Assembly: GCA_040377305.1 (NCBI GenBank)
Contig: JBEIPA010000010.1
Span: 32,001-96,000, forward strand
Direction of reading: 5' to 3'
DNA length: 64,000 nucleotides
Origin: Flavobacteriales bacterium
GTDB lineage: Bacteria > Bacteroidota > Bacteroidia > Palsa-965
Below the pieces are notes generated by a model. It did not search any database, was not told the DNA's origin, and saw nothing but the letters and a program-made list of their open reading frames with translations. This document shows, piece after piece, positions 49,513 to 58,252 of the stretch. The stretch's first letter is position 1. The number at the start of each line of letters is the position of its first letter. Position numbers and translations under genes: made by a program.

Positions 49513-50658
49513 TTAGAATAGTCGCTTTGTGGACGTCGTGATGTCCCGATAGTAGCGCACATAAATTCCGCTGTTGATTATCGCTTTCAGCAGTTCAGGC
49601 ACGGGATGGACCGGAGAAGTAATGGTGTAGTTACCTCCATTGTACGTGAGTTGGTACTGAAACCCTTGAAGTGCAAACACAATTGCTTCGCGGGAATCTC
49701 CAATTTCAAGCTCGAGGGCAAAACCAAGTTGAGCCTGAATCTGATCGCCGGTTCTGTACACACAATTTCCGTCGCGAATGAGCAATACGTTGTCTGCAAT
49801 TTTCTCCACCTCATGCAATTGTTGCGAAGTGAGAATAACACCCATGGGATTGTAGGAAGACTTCGTCAGAAATTTTAAATCGGTGAGCAGCGTTTGTTGT
49901 GCATTGATATCGAGATTCGCGAGTGGCTCATCCAGAATCAAAACTTTCGGACGTTTGAGAAGTATGCGTGCGATTTCAAATCGGGTACGATATCCGCTGC
50001 TGATTTGATTCCAGGAAAGATGTGCGTATTGAGTTAAACCAAATCGCTCGAGCATGAAATCCACGAGCAGATCATTCCACTCTCCGTGAATTCCCACGAG
50101 CGCAGCAGAAAAATGCAGATTATCTTTCAGCTGACCGAACCAGCGCGGAATTCTTTGCGGCACAAATACAACGTGATTCTTGATGGTGTAGTTATCCGGT
50201 TTATTGAGGAGCGTGTATTGAATTACTCCTTGATCCATAGAAAGCTCACCGGCGAGACAACGCAACAAAGTAGTTTTTCCGTTGCCGTTCTCTCCTACTA
50301 CACCAATGATTTGCCCGCAGTGAATATCGAGGCTCAATGGTTTAAGGCTGAAATTGCCTTTTGCGTATCGCTTTGAAATTGCATTTGCCTGTACAAGAAC
50401 GCCAAGGTGCATGGGTTTTGCCGCTTCTTTCTCGACGAGCTTGGAGAGCAAATCGTTGCAGCCCGCTTCGAGTTCCGGTGCGAGATACGGATTGCCTTCG
50501 AACATTCCAGCAGCGCGAAATGCCTTCGACAGATTGATCGCTTCCCGAATCAGTATAGGATCGTTTGTATCGAGACTGTAATCCAGCAGGCGACGAATCC
50601 CGAGCACGTAATCGTGGTTATCGAGATACGATTTAATTTCTTCTAAGGGTGACGGCAT
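49513..50658 (-). CDS. ABC ATPase with extra N-terminal helical domain and degenerate signature/H-loop
   Basis: Likely start MPSPLEE at 50658; Walker A GENGNGKTT, signature ISSGY, Walker B LILDEP, H-loop region TSQQLHE. Confidence 0.88.
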   Translation of the reverse strand: MPSPLEEIKSYLDNHDYVLGIRRLLDYSLDTNDPILIREAINLSKAFRAAGMFEGNPYLAPELEAGCNDLLSKLVEKEAAKPMHLGVLVQANAISKRYAKGNFSLKPLSLDIHCGQIIGVVGENGNGKTTLLRCLAGELSMDQGVIQYTLLNKPDNYTIKNHVVFVPQRIPRWFGQLKDNLHFSAALVGIHGEWNDLLVDFMLERFGLTQYAHLSWNQISSGYRTRFEIARILLKRPKVLILDEPLANLDINAQQTLLTDLKFLTKSSYNPMGVILTSQQLHEVEKIADNVLLIRDGNCVYRTGDQIQAQLGFALELEIGDSREAIVFALQGFQYQLTYNGGNYTITSPVHPVPELLKAIINSGIYVRYYRDITTSTKRLF

Positions 50659-50823
50659 AATTTCGATGTGCCGATATGCCAATTTCCGATATGCCGATTA
50701 AAAGTCATGTGTAATCGGTATTCGAAATTCATATCCGGATTTGGCATAAACGTACAACAGAAGGATGTATTATCTGGGTCTTTTGAATAAGTGTTGGGAA
50801 ATATATTTCTTAAAAAATCCCAA

Positions 50824-53301
50824 TCAATGGTGAACAACAAGTCGTGTTGAATTGACGCCGCATTTTATTAAGTAGACACCGTCTGCAAATTCAGAAGTGC
50901 TGATCACATTGGTTCCTTCGCGCAAAATCTGTGCACGCATCACTGCTCCGTTTATCGAGAGTATCTCCATCACATCTCCGTTCTTGCCGTTGATTGTGAA
51001 GGATTCACTTGCAGGATTCGGATAAATCGCAATGTTCTCACTGCTGAAGTCAGGAATCCCAGAGAAAACATCCCCCACCTTAATTCCGTTTCCGAAACTG
51101 GTAACCCACATTTCATTGGTGGACCATGGATTAAAGAATACTCGCTCCGGTTGACGGAAGGGATAAGATGTGGCCAATGCCCATGTTGGTACCGGGTTAT
51201 TTACATCTGTGCTGTACCAAAGTCCTTGTGTTTCTGTTGTTACGTACATCCAATTGGGAATGCCAGGATTAAACGTACAGGAGGTGACACGATCCAATGT
51301 TGTTCCGGTAATACGAGTCCATGTCACGCCACGATTGGTTGTTTTATAAAGTCCACCCAATCCGTTTGGAGGTCCGCCCCAACCACTGAATACACCAACG
51401 TACCATGTGTTCTGCGATGGATCATTCGGATCGATCACCACATCTTTGGTCCAGTAATACATTCCCGGATCAGAAACATCAGTCCAGTTGCCACTTGACG
51501 GATTATATGTGAACACACCTGAACTTGCGGTGAATGCATTGCTGGCGCGACGGCCTGAGTATGTTGCAACGAGTGTTCCATCATCAAGCACTTCAAGACA
51601 TGCAGGATGTTTTTCAGTACGCGGAGGATCGCTAAGTTGCGTCCATGTAGATGCAGCCAGATTATTCAGATCATCGCATCGATAAACGCCACCCGTTCCA
51701 CCCGTGTAGTCAATGACGCTGGCGTACGCGCGGTTCGGATTGTTCGGATCGATTTCTATCCAAAACACAGGATGACCGAATGCGTGTAGCAGTGTCCACG
51801 ATGCACCATTGTCTGTAGAATAACGCAAAGTTCCTGCAGCATCATTCGCATCAAGAATAGCGTCTGTGAGCCGTGTGCTTTGATACATGTCGTGAATGCC
51901 GGAGCAAGCCATGATCATCGTTCCATTTGTCATTTCCGCCATACGGTAGGATGTGTTCGCGGTATGACCGGAATAGTTGAACGACCACAAATATCCACCA
52001 TCTGTGCTTCGTATTCCACGTATGTCTGAGAAACAAGCCCACAAGTTCAGGTTGTCTGACCAATGTACCTGCCAGCATGTTGTATTCTCAATTCCAAGAC
52101 TGTTGTAAGACGAACCCTGAGGCGTGTTTGATCCGGCGTTGTGCTGAAAGAAAGGATCTGTGTATCCCTGCAGCCATGTGTTGCCCGCATTGGTTGTGTA
52201 GTGTACGAACCCGAAATCGCTGAAAATTACATAAGCGGAATTGCTTGCACACACATCAAATCCGAAAGCGCATTCACCATAACTCCAACCGCGGTCTCCT
52301 CCATCACCACTCCAGCCGGTAAAGATATTCGCGTTGGTACTCGTGAGAAATGAGTGCGACCAGTTGCCTCCTGCATTGGTTGTTTTCATCACAATGGGCT
52401 CAGACACATCGTTGCTTCCGCTTACATAAACGGTGTTGATGTCGTTCTCTGCCATATCGATGAACATGGGAAAATCGGTGCCTTGCGTAATTCCGTTGGA
52501 TGCAGCAGTCCAGTTGTTCACTCCATAATCGCAGGTGTACACATTGCGAAAAAATCCCCAGTAGTCGGATCCTTGCAAGCCGACATACACATCATTCGGA
52601 TCACCGGTCAAACAAAAGAAGCGGGTGGTGTTACCTGATTTCGCTGCACAAAAACTCCAAATTACTTCGTTGGAAGGAATACCGCTGATCGTTGCAATAT
52701 TCCATGTTCCACCACCATCAGTTGAAACAAGTACGCCATCATTTGTTCCGATGTAAATGTTTTGACCATCAAAGAAAACGCCGCCAACAACATTTCCTGA
52801 ACCGGTTGAAGCGGTGTGAATCTGCGTAAACGAAGTTCCGGAGTTCGAAGAATAGAAAATTGCACCGTACTGCGAGATGATGATGCGTTGCGGATTTACA
52901 AAATCAGAATGAATTGTATAGACTTCTTCGTTCGGATCAGGATTTCCGCTGATGGGGCTCCATGTGTTACCTGCGTCGGCAGAAACTACAGGTGTTCCGA
53001 TCTCGTTGATGTAGCTGATGGAATACCGGATTCCCGACAAGGAAGTGTAACATACTTTTGAATTGTGCCCGCCGATGAATTCATTGAAGTGAATCTGATT
53101 GCACGCACCGAACGACATCGCGCCTGTGAATAGTTCAGACATGTCGCAAGACACAAAAAACTGTCCAGGACTACCTGGATCTATGCTTGGAGAGAACAAA
53201 GCACCTCCTCCGCCAACGCCTCGTGAGGCCCAGGAAGAAGGATATTGTGCGAAGAGCGAAAATGAAAGCAATACTGCCGTTAGGGTAGCGAGTTTGTTCA
53301 T
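50824..53301 (-). CDS. T9SS type-A cargo, BNR/Asp-box double propeller, GH74 (xyloglucanase)-like
   Basis: GVGGGG...FVSCDMS and WACFSDIRG resemble the two GH74 catalytic-Asp contexts; many S.DGG.TW boxes; CTD IYPNPA...GVYLIK. Confidence 0.78.
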   Translation of the reverse strand: MNKLATLTAVLLSFSLFAQYPSSWASRGVGGGGALFSPSIDPGSPGQFFVSCDMSELFTGAMSFGACNQIHFNEFIGGHNSKVCYTSLSGIRYSISYINEIGTPVVSADAGNTWSPISGNPDPNEEVYTIHSDFVNPQRIIISQYGAIFYSSNSGTSFTQIHTASTGSGNVVGGVFFDGQNIYIGTNDGVLVSTDGGGTWNIATISGIPSNEVIWSFCAAKSGNTTRFFCLTGDPNDVYVGLQGSDYWGFFRNVYTCDYGVNNWTAASNGITQGTDFPMFIDMAENDINTVYVSGSNDVSEPIVMKTTNAGGNWSHSFLTSTNANIFTGWSGDGGDRGWSYGECAFGFDVCASNSAYVIFSDFGFVHYTTNAGNTWLQGYTDPFFQHNAGSNTPQGSSYNSLGIENTTCWQVHWSDNLNLWACFSDIRGIRSTDGGYLWSFNYSGHTANTSYRMAEMTNGTMIMACSGIHDMYQSTRLTDAILDANDAAGTLRYSTDNGASWTLLHAFGHPVFWIEIDPNNPNRAYASVIDYTGGTGGVYRCDDLNNLAASTWTQLSDPPRTEKHPACLEVLDDGTLVATYSGRRASNAFTASSGVFTYNPSSGNWTDVSDPGMYYWTKDVVIDPNDPSQNTWYVGVFSGWGGPPNGLGGLYKTTNRGVTWTRITGTTLDRVTSCTFNPGIPNWMYVTTETQGLWYSTDVNNPVPTWALATSYPFRQPERVFFNPWSTNEMWVTSFGNGIKVGDVFSGIPDFSSENIAIYPNPASESFTINGKNGDVMEILSINGAVMRAQILREGTNVISTSEFADGVYLIKCGVNSTRLVVHH

Positions 53302-53402
53302 GGGTTGGGTTTGAGTTGCTAAATTAAGCGCAATCCCATGACAATCCTATTGGCACAATCAGACTGAATCCAACTTCTTCTCTTGTGGTTTTCCCTCACT
53401 TT

Positions 53403-53705
53403 TCAGTGCTTCGTTCCTGGAATCGGAACCGATTGAATGATGCGAAATAACCCTTCGTTATTTGCAGATTCATATTTATACACTTTGCCGTTGGGGGCCT
53501 TAAATTTCAACTGTCTGCAAATTGCAGACAGTTCAACACCCTCACTTTCAAGTACTCTACGTTTTAGATCATACCAATAGTTCCTTGGCTTCGAGCTATC
53601 TGTCAAAAATTCAATCACATCCTGAACCACAAACCACCACTGGTCTTCATCTTCGTTCCATTTAGCCCGAACATTCGAGCCATCAAAAATCTTTAGCTCA
53701 CTCAT
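53403..53705 (-). pseudogene. Bro-N domain protein, apparently truncated
   Basis: FDGSNVRAKWNEDEDQWWFVVQDVI.FLTDS..PRNYW..LK...CRQLK..APNGK...ANNEGLFRIIQSVP; stops where homologues usually continue with SPKAEPFK. Confidence 0.65.
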
Positions 53706-53761
53706 ACATATAGTTTTAAAATATAAATCCTGACAATACGCGATATAAATGCCTGATCGAA

Positions 53762-53956
53762 TTATAGAATTCCCAGTTTCTGCAACAACGGATATTTCCT
53801 CTTCGGTTGCGGATCAACAGTCTCATTTGAAACCGTGCTCTTACCGAAAGTTTCGTAAGTAAGAATTGCATCGAGCGAACTGAGGTATTCCGCGTCTTCA
53901 ATCGTGTTGAGTTTTTCGCGGATACTTTCTTTGAGTTGGGTGGTGTAGAGATTCAT
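53762..53956 (-). CDS. Small hypothetical protein (N-terminus resembles addiction-module components)
   Basis: 64 aa, TTQLKESIREKLNTIEDAEYLSSLDAIL; same strand as its neighbours. Confidence 0.5.
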   Translation of the reverse strand: MNLYTTQLKESIREKLNTIEDAEYLSSLDAILTYETFGKSTVSNETVDPQPKRKYPLLQKLGIL

Positions 53957-54048
53957 GGGTCTTCGCTTTTGTCAACCTTCGACTCCGCTCAGTCTGACAA
54001 AGGTTTCGATCGAAACACGTTGTCCTGATGAACGCAGCGCGGGTCTGA

Positions 54049-54837
54049 TTATTTATACTTCATTTTTCGTTCGAGATCGAGTAGACGCTGTTCAAGTTGC
54101 GAGAATTTTTCGCCCTTGTCATCCTGAGCAGTTTCGCGTGATGCAGGTGCAGGAAGCTCTCGCGTAATGCGCGATTCAGCCTTCCATACTTGTGCAATAT
54201 CTTCTGCTTTCACAGCATAAGCTTCGTACACGGTGTTATCCGACTTCAGCTCGTAAGAATCGTTACCGAGGAAAGTCACTCGTTTTGCAACGATGCTTCC
54301 GTCGTGCGTGACAACGATGTAAACATTTCCGCTCTTGATATCAGTGAGGGACTCAACATATGAGCCTACAATCATATCACCGGAAACAATTCCCGGCAGC
54401 ATACTATCTCCGCTGATTTCAAACGCACGAAATGTTTTTCCGCGATATCCGGGCAAACGAAAAGCTGGAAGGTTCGCAATGAATTCCGGATCCTGCTGAT
54501 GCTGTAAGTAACCAGCAGCCGCTTTCTTGTCGACCATCACAATGTTTTCTTCTTCGTCGGAACCAACTTGCACAACGAGTGGAAGTACGTTCCGGGACCG
54601 TTTGTCATCCTGAGCGGAGTCGAAGGAGACAAACATGGTTCCAACACCATCCATCAACCACATCGCTTCGACTTTGAATTCGTTTACGATGGACTTGTAT
54701 ACATCATAGGAGATTCCATTCTTTTCACCTTCAATTTGAGAGAGAGAAGTCTGTGTAATTCCTATGCGTTGTGCGAACTCTGTCTGATTAAGTCCGAGTT
54801 CTTTCCGTAGATTTTTAATGCGCTGAGCCAGTGTCAT
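54049..54837 (-). CDS. XRE-family HTH + S24 peptidase repressor (CI/LexA-like)
   Basis: HTH LRKELGLNQTEFAQRIGITQTSLSQIE; Ala-Gly site AAAG; catalytic Ser in GDSM and Lys in VAKRV. Confidence 0.92.
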   Translation of the reverse strand: MTLAQRIKNLRKELGLNQTEFAQRIGITQTSLSQIEGEKNGISYDVYKSIVNEFKVEAMWLMDGVGTMFVSFDSAQDDKRSRNVLPLVVQVGSDEEENIVMVDKKAAAGYLQHQQDPEFIANLPAFRLPGYRGKTFRAFEISGDSMLPGIVSGDMIVGSYVESLTDIKSGNVYIVVTHDGSIVAKRVTFLGNDSYELKSDNTVYEAYAVKAEDIAQVWKAESRITRELPAPASRETAQDDKGEKFSQLEQRLLDLERKMKYK

Positions 54838-54854
54838 TTGGAATAATTTATAGG

Positions 54855-54903
54855 CAAATATAATAATTTTACTTGACTTTTATTAATCTAGACTATATTT
54901 TTG
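54855..54903. promoter_or_regulatory. Back-to-back divergent promoters with candidate operator
   Basis: TATATTTG (-) at 54855-54862; TTG at 54873 plus TATTTTTG (+) at 54896-54903; imperfect palindrome TAATCTAGACTA at 54884-54895. Confidence 0.6.
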
Positions 54904-54917
54904 ACAAATAATTAAAC

Positions 54918-55223
54918 ATGACAACGGCATTTATATCAGCATACTTAATAAATCAAAAACATCTGGAGGAATTGATTATGAACCAATTACGCACTAATGA
55001 AACGAAAAGAGTCGGTGATCTGATCAGTTCCGCACTCCTAAATGCTGTAGACCAAAACTACACACCTCCAAAACACAAGAACACATTTAAGATGAAAGTC
55101 GAGGGGGGTGACCCCGTAAGGTCAACGGAGCGCGTGCCGTACTCCTCCTCGCACCAATTCCTCGACTCCGCCCGGAATGACAAATCCCAAAACGGAAGCG
55201 ATATTAAAGTTGCAGCCGCTTAA
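54918..55223 (+). CDS. Small protein divergent from the S24 repressor
   Basis: Own promoter and terminator; alternative start at 54978; ends in KVAAA. Confidence 0.55.
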   Translation: MTTAFISAYLINQKHLEELIMNQLRTNETKRVGDLISSALLNAVDQNYTPPKHKNTFKMKVEGGDPVRSTERVPYSSSHQFLDSARNDKSQNGSDIKVAAA

Positions 55224-55315
55224 CACGGTTTGAAGTTGTCGTGTAGTTCAGTTGCCTCCTGCTCTGCTCGATTTGTGTGAGTGATTTCCCATTTCACTTT
55301 GCGCTGTAACAATCT

Positions 55316-55350
55316 AATGTTCTGATCTCTCTTGAGGTCAGAACATTTTT
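55316..55350 (+). terminator. Intrinsic terminator
   Basis: AATGTTCTGATCTC-TCTT-GAGGTCAGAACATT followed by a T-run. Confidence 0.8.
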
Positions 55351-55389
55351 GTTTTGTCATACTGAGCGTAGCCGAAGTAAACAAAAATG

Positions 55390-55905
55390 TCAAGCTGGAA
55401 GCAATCTCGCTTTTCTCTTGCGCATTATCACGTGCAGAAAAAATAACTGAAGAATATTGATGGAGAAAAGGACAATGCAGATCGTCACTCCACTTCCGTA
55501 GTGAACAGTTAAGTCACTTGTAGCTCCGTCGCTGTTGCAGATAACACCGCTCACATACACGCTCATCCAATACGGAAAAAACAGAAGTAGCGCAGTTTGA
55601 AACCAGGTAATTCCGATCGCACGCACGCGATTCATTTCCGCAAAGCAGTTTACAACGCTGAGAAAAATTCCGATCAGGATGAATGCGAATTGCAACAACA
55701 TTCCAATCAGAATGGGCGTGAACGATAAATCTTTTCCGGTGATTGCTCCGCCGTAGATGTAAATATCAGGAACTTGGGGACCGTAGTAGGCAATTCCGAG
55801 TGGACCGATTTCCATCCAGACAATTGGAAGAAACAACAAGATGATTCCGCAGAAAGCTGAGAGCCCGGAAGCGATGCGAAATACAGTATGAGAAGTCAGG
55901 GTCAT
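55390..55905 (-). CDS. Hypothetical four-TM membrane protein
   Basis: Four hydrophobic helices; likely start ATG 55905. Confidence 0.65.
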   Translation of the reverse strand: MTLTSHTVFRIASGLSAFCGIILLFLPIVWMEIGPLGIAYYGPQVPDIYIYGGAITGKDLSFTPILIGMLLQFAFILIGIFLSVVNCFAEMNRVRAIGITWFQTALLLFFPYWMSVYVSGVICNSDGATSDLTVHYGSGVTICIVLFSINILQLFFLHVIMRKRKARLLPA

Positions 55906-55995
55906 GCGTGCTGCTGTAAAACGCATACACGTTCTCAAAATTGCACTGCCTGATTATGAAAAAAGATGAACCCTGAGAAATTTGAATTTGCCTAC

Positions 55996-58056
55996 CTACT
56001 TCGATACAATCTCAAAAACCGTTCTGCGGTTCATCGACCGTCCATCTTCGTTGCCGTTGTCTCCAATCGGTTGTGTTTCTCCGTGACCGTATGCGCCCGT
56101 GATTTGCGCTTTCGGAACTCCGAATTTTGTAGTCAACGCTTCGAACACTGCAAACGCACGTTCATTTGACAGATCCATATTGCGTGAATCATCGCCGACA
56201 TTATCTGTGTGACCATGAATCGCGATTTTCATTTTCGGATTCTGCTTGAGATAATTCGCGAATTCCTCTAACACGGACATCGATTCTGGAGCAAGCACTG
56301 CCGAGTTTGAACTAAAGTTGATATCGTTGATGCGATACATTGTGCCTTGCTCAACCGGTTTAATTTCCATTGGCTTCAATTCTGTTTTCGTTGGAGCGAA
56401 TGCAGTAGTACCGGAAATAACCTGTGATGTAAATGCTGCCCCGTCCTTCTTCACGGTAAGCACATAATCATCATTGTTCGTCACTTTAATTGCTGCTGCG
56501 TAACTACCGGTCGCAGTATCAACGACGGCCAGTGATTTCTCTTTGGTGCGTACATTTTTCAGTTCAACTGTCGCCGGACCTGTTGCCGGATTTCCAGCAG
56601 GATCCTTCACTACTCCGGTTACGATTACAACTTTCTCAGGTCGTGCTTCCTTGTAGAGCTCGAACTGAAATACATCGTAACCACCCACAAATCCGGGAAG
56701 CTGCGCATTCGAACAGAAGAAACCTGTTGCACCATCTGTGCTCACGAAGAAACCAACGTCATCGCCTTGTGTGTTGATTGGTTTTCCGAGATTGACCGGG
56801 CTCTTCCATCCACCGTTTGCTTTGGCATCGCCGCGTGCATAGAAAATATCATAACCTCCGATACCAGGATGTCCGTTCGAAGAGAAATACAAAGTCTGAC
56901 TATCGGAGTGAATGAACGGCGACTTCTCGTCATACTGCGTATTGATAGAATCACCAAGGTTTACCGGTGCGCCCCATTCTCCACTCAGCATCTTCTCTGT
57001 TTTGTAAATGTCGATGCCACCTTTTCCACCCGGACGATTGCTTGCGAAGTACAGCGTTTTTCCGTCCGCAGAAATACTCGGCTGAGAATCCCACCACACC
57101 GGATCATTCACGCGTTCGCCGAGACTGCGAATTTCAGTCCATGAATCGTCAACAAGATCTGAAGTGTATAAATCTGTATTGTTTCCTTCCGGACCTGGTT
57201 TAGTAATGGTATAAAACAAATGTTTGTTGTCGATGGTCATTGTTGCGCCACCTTCGTTCGGGTTCTTGTTGTATGGATCTGGCATTGAACTGCCTTTGTC
57301 GAATTGTCCGCCAGTTCCGCGCTGTGAACCCATGAACACTTCGGTTGTTTCATTCGTTCCCCACACACGATCCATCTGACTTACAGGAACACGACGAATG
57401 AAAAGCGCTTGTGTATTATCTGGTGTGATGATCGCGAGATATTCATCCTGCGCAGTTGAAATCCCCGGAACCGGAGAAGGTGCAAACGGATGTACGTTCT
57501 TGTCAATACTCTCGTAAAACTTCGCCCAGCGCAACATTTCCAAGGCATTTAACGAACGGAATTCATAATCCTTTCCGAGCTTGTTCGGATCATCTGTATC
57601 GAACTTGATGTATGATTCGAGATACGGAATACATCCCGCGAAATCTTCGTCCATATACAATTGCTGACCGAGCAAATAGTACGGTTCAGCGCTAATGGTA
57701 GGACAGCTCGTAATTGCCGTCTTCAGAAATTTCTTTGCCGCGGGATAAGATTCGGGATGATCGTCGGCATCTGCTTTTTTGATGTGCATGTTTGCCATCA
57801 ACAAATTAGCATCTGCCCAATCAGGTTCAAGGGTAAGTGCTTCGTTGAGAAAGCCCATGCGTTCGTTGAAGTCGTACTTCTTCTTGTCCTGGGCTTTTTC
57901 GTAAAGCTTGACAGCTTCCTTGTTGTCGGGCTCACCGCAACCACCACCTCCGGAAGAGGCCGGTGAATCTTCATCATCCTGCGCGTAAACACCAACGCTC
58001 AATACAGCGCAAGCGAGTACGGAAAGCAGTGTTTTATGTAAAAAAGAAAAGTTCAT
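55996..58056 (-). CDS. PorE-like OmpA-family protein (TPR + PD40 + carboxypeptidase-regulatory-like + OmpA)
   Basis: TPR-like N-terminus; LYFASNRPGGKGGIDIY and LYFSSNGHPGIGGYDIF; OmpA motifs GHTDNVG...LSNERA...NRRTVF. Confidence 0.9.
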   Translation of the reverse strand: MNFSFLHKTLLSVLACAVLSVGVYAQDDEDSPASSGGGGCGEPDNKEAVKLYEKAQDKKKYDFNERMGFLNEALTLEPDWADANLLMANMHIKKADADDHPESYPAAKKFLKTAITSCPTISAEPYYLLGQQLYMDEDFAGCIPYLESYIKFDTDDPNKLGKDYEFRSLNALEMLRWAKFYESIDKNVHPFAPSPVPGISTAQDEYLAIITPDNTQALFIRRVPVSQMDRVWGTNETTEVFMGSQRGTGGQFDKGSSMPDPYNKNPNEGGATMTIDNKHLFYTITKPGPEGNNTDLYTSDLVDDSWTEIRSLGERVNDPVWWDSQPSISADGKTLYFASNRPGGKGGIDIYKTEKMLSGEWGAPVNLGDSINTQYDEKSPFIHSDSQTLYFSSNGHPGIGGYDIFYARGDAKANGGWKSPVNLGKPINTQGDDVGFFVSTDGATGFFCSNAQLPGFVGGYDVFQFELYKEARPEKVVIVTGVVKDPAGNPATGPATVELKNVRTKEKSLAVVDTATGSYAAAIKVTNNDDYVLTVKKDGAAFTSQVISGTTAFAPTKTELKPMEIKPVEQGTMYRINDINFSSNSAVLAPESMSVLEEFANYLKQNPKMKIAIHGHTDNVGDDSRNMDLSNERAFAVFEALTTKFGVPKAQITGAYGHGETQPIGDNGNEDGRSMNRRTVFEIVSK

Positions 58057-58109
58057 AAGGCCTGGTTACAGTTGTATAACGAAAACTGTGCCGATTTGGT
58101 ACACCAACA

Positions 58110-58252
58110 AATGTGCTAATTTGCTAATAGGATAATGTGCTAACCAGCGTCAGACTTTCAACAATCACCAGTTATTCAGCAAATCGCCGGTCTTTGCTCA
58201 ACAAAACCGGCGATCTGTATTAGCACATTAGCACATTAACTCTTTAGCATAT
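58110..58252. repeat. Inverted octamer arrays flanking a terminator hairpin
   Basis: AATGTGCT AATTTGCT AATAGGAT AATGTGCT ... hairpin ATCGCCGG/CCGGCGAT ... ATTAGCAC ATTAGCAC ATTAACTC TTTAGCAT. Confidence 0.7.

Larger units (their letters stand above)
53976..55379. repeat. Cluster of five REP-like elements (TGTCATCCTGAGCGGAGTCGAAGGA family)
   Basis: Copies at 53976-53999, 54117-54138, 54603-54627, 55158-55182 and 55355-55379, in both orientations. Confidence 0.8.

Noticed and set aside
53403-55223. Intact prophage
   Set aside because: Only a repressor, a Bro-N fragment and small ORFs are present; no integrase, replication, structural or lysis genes.
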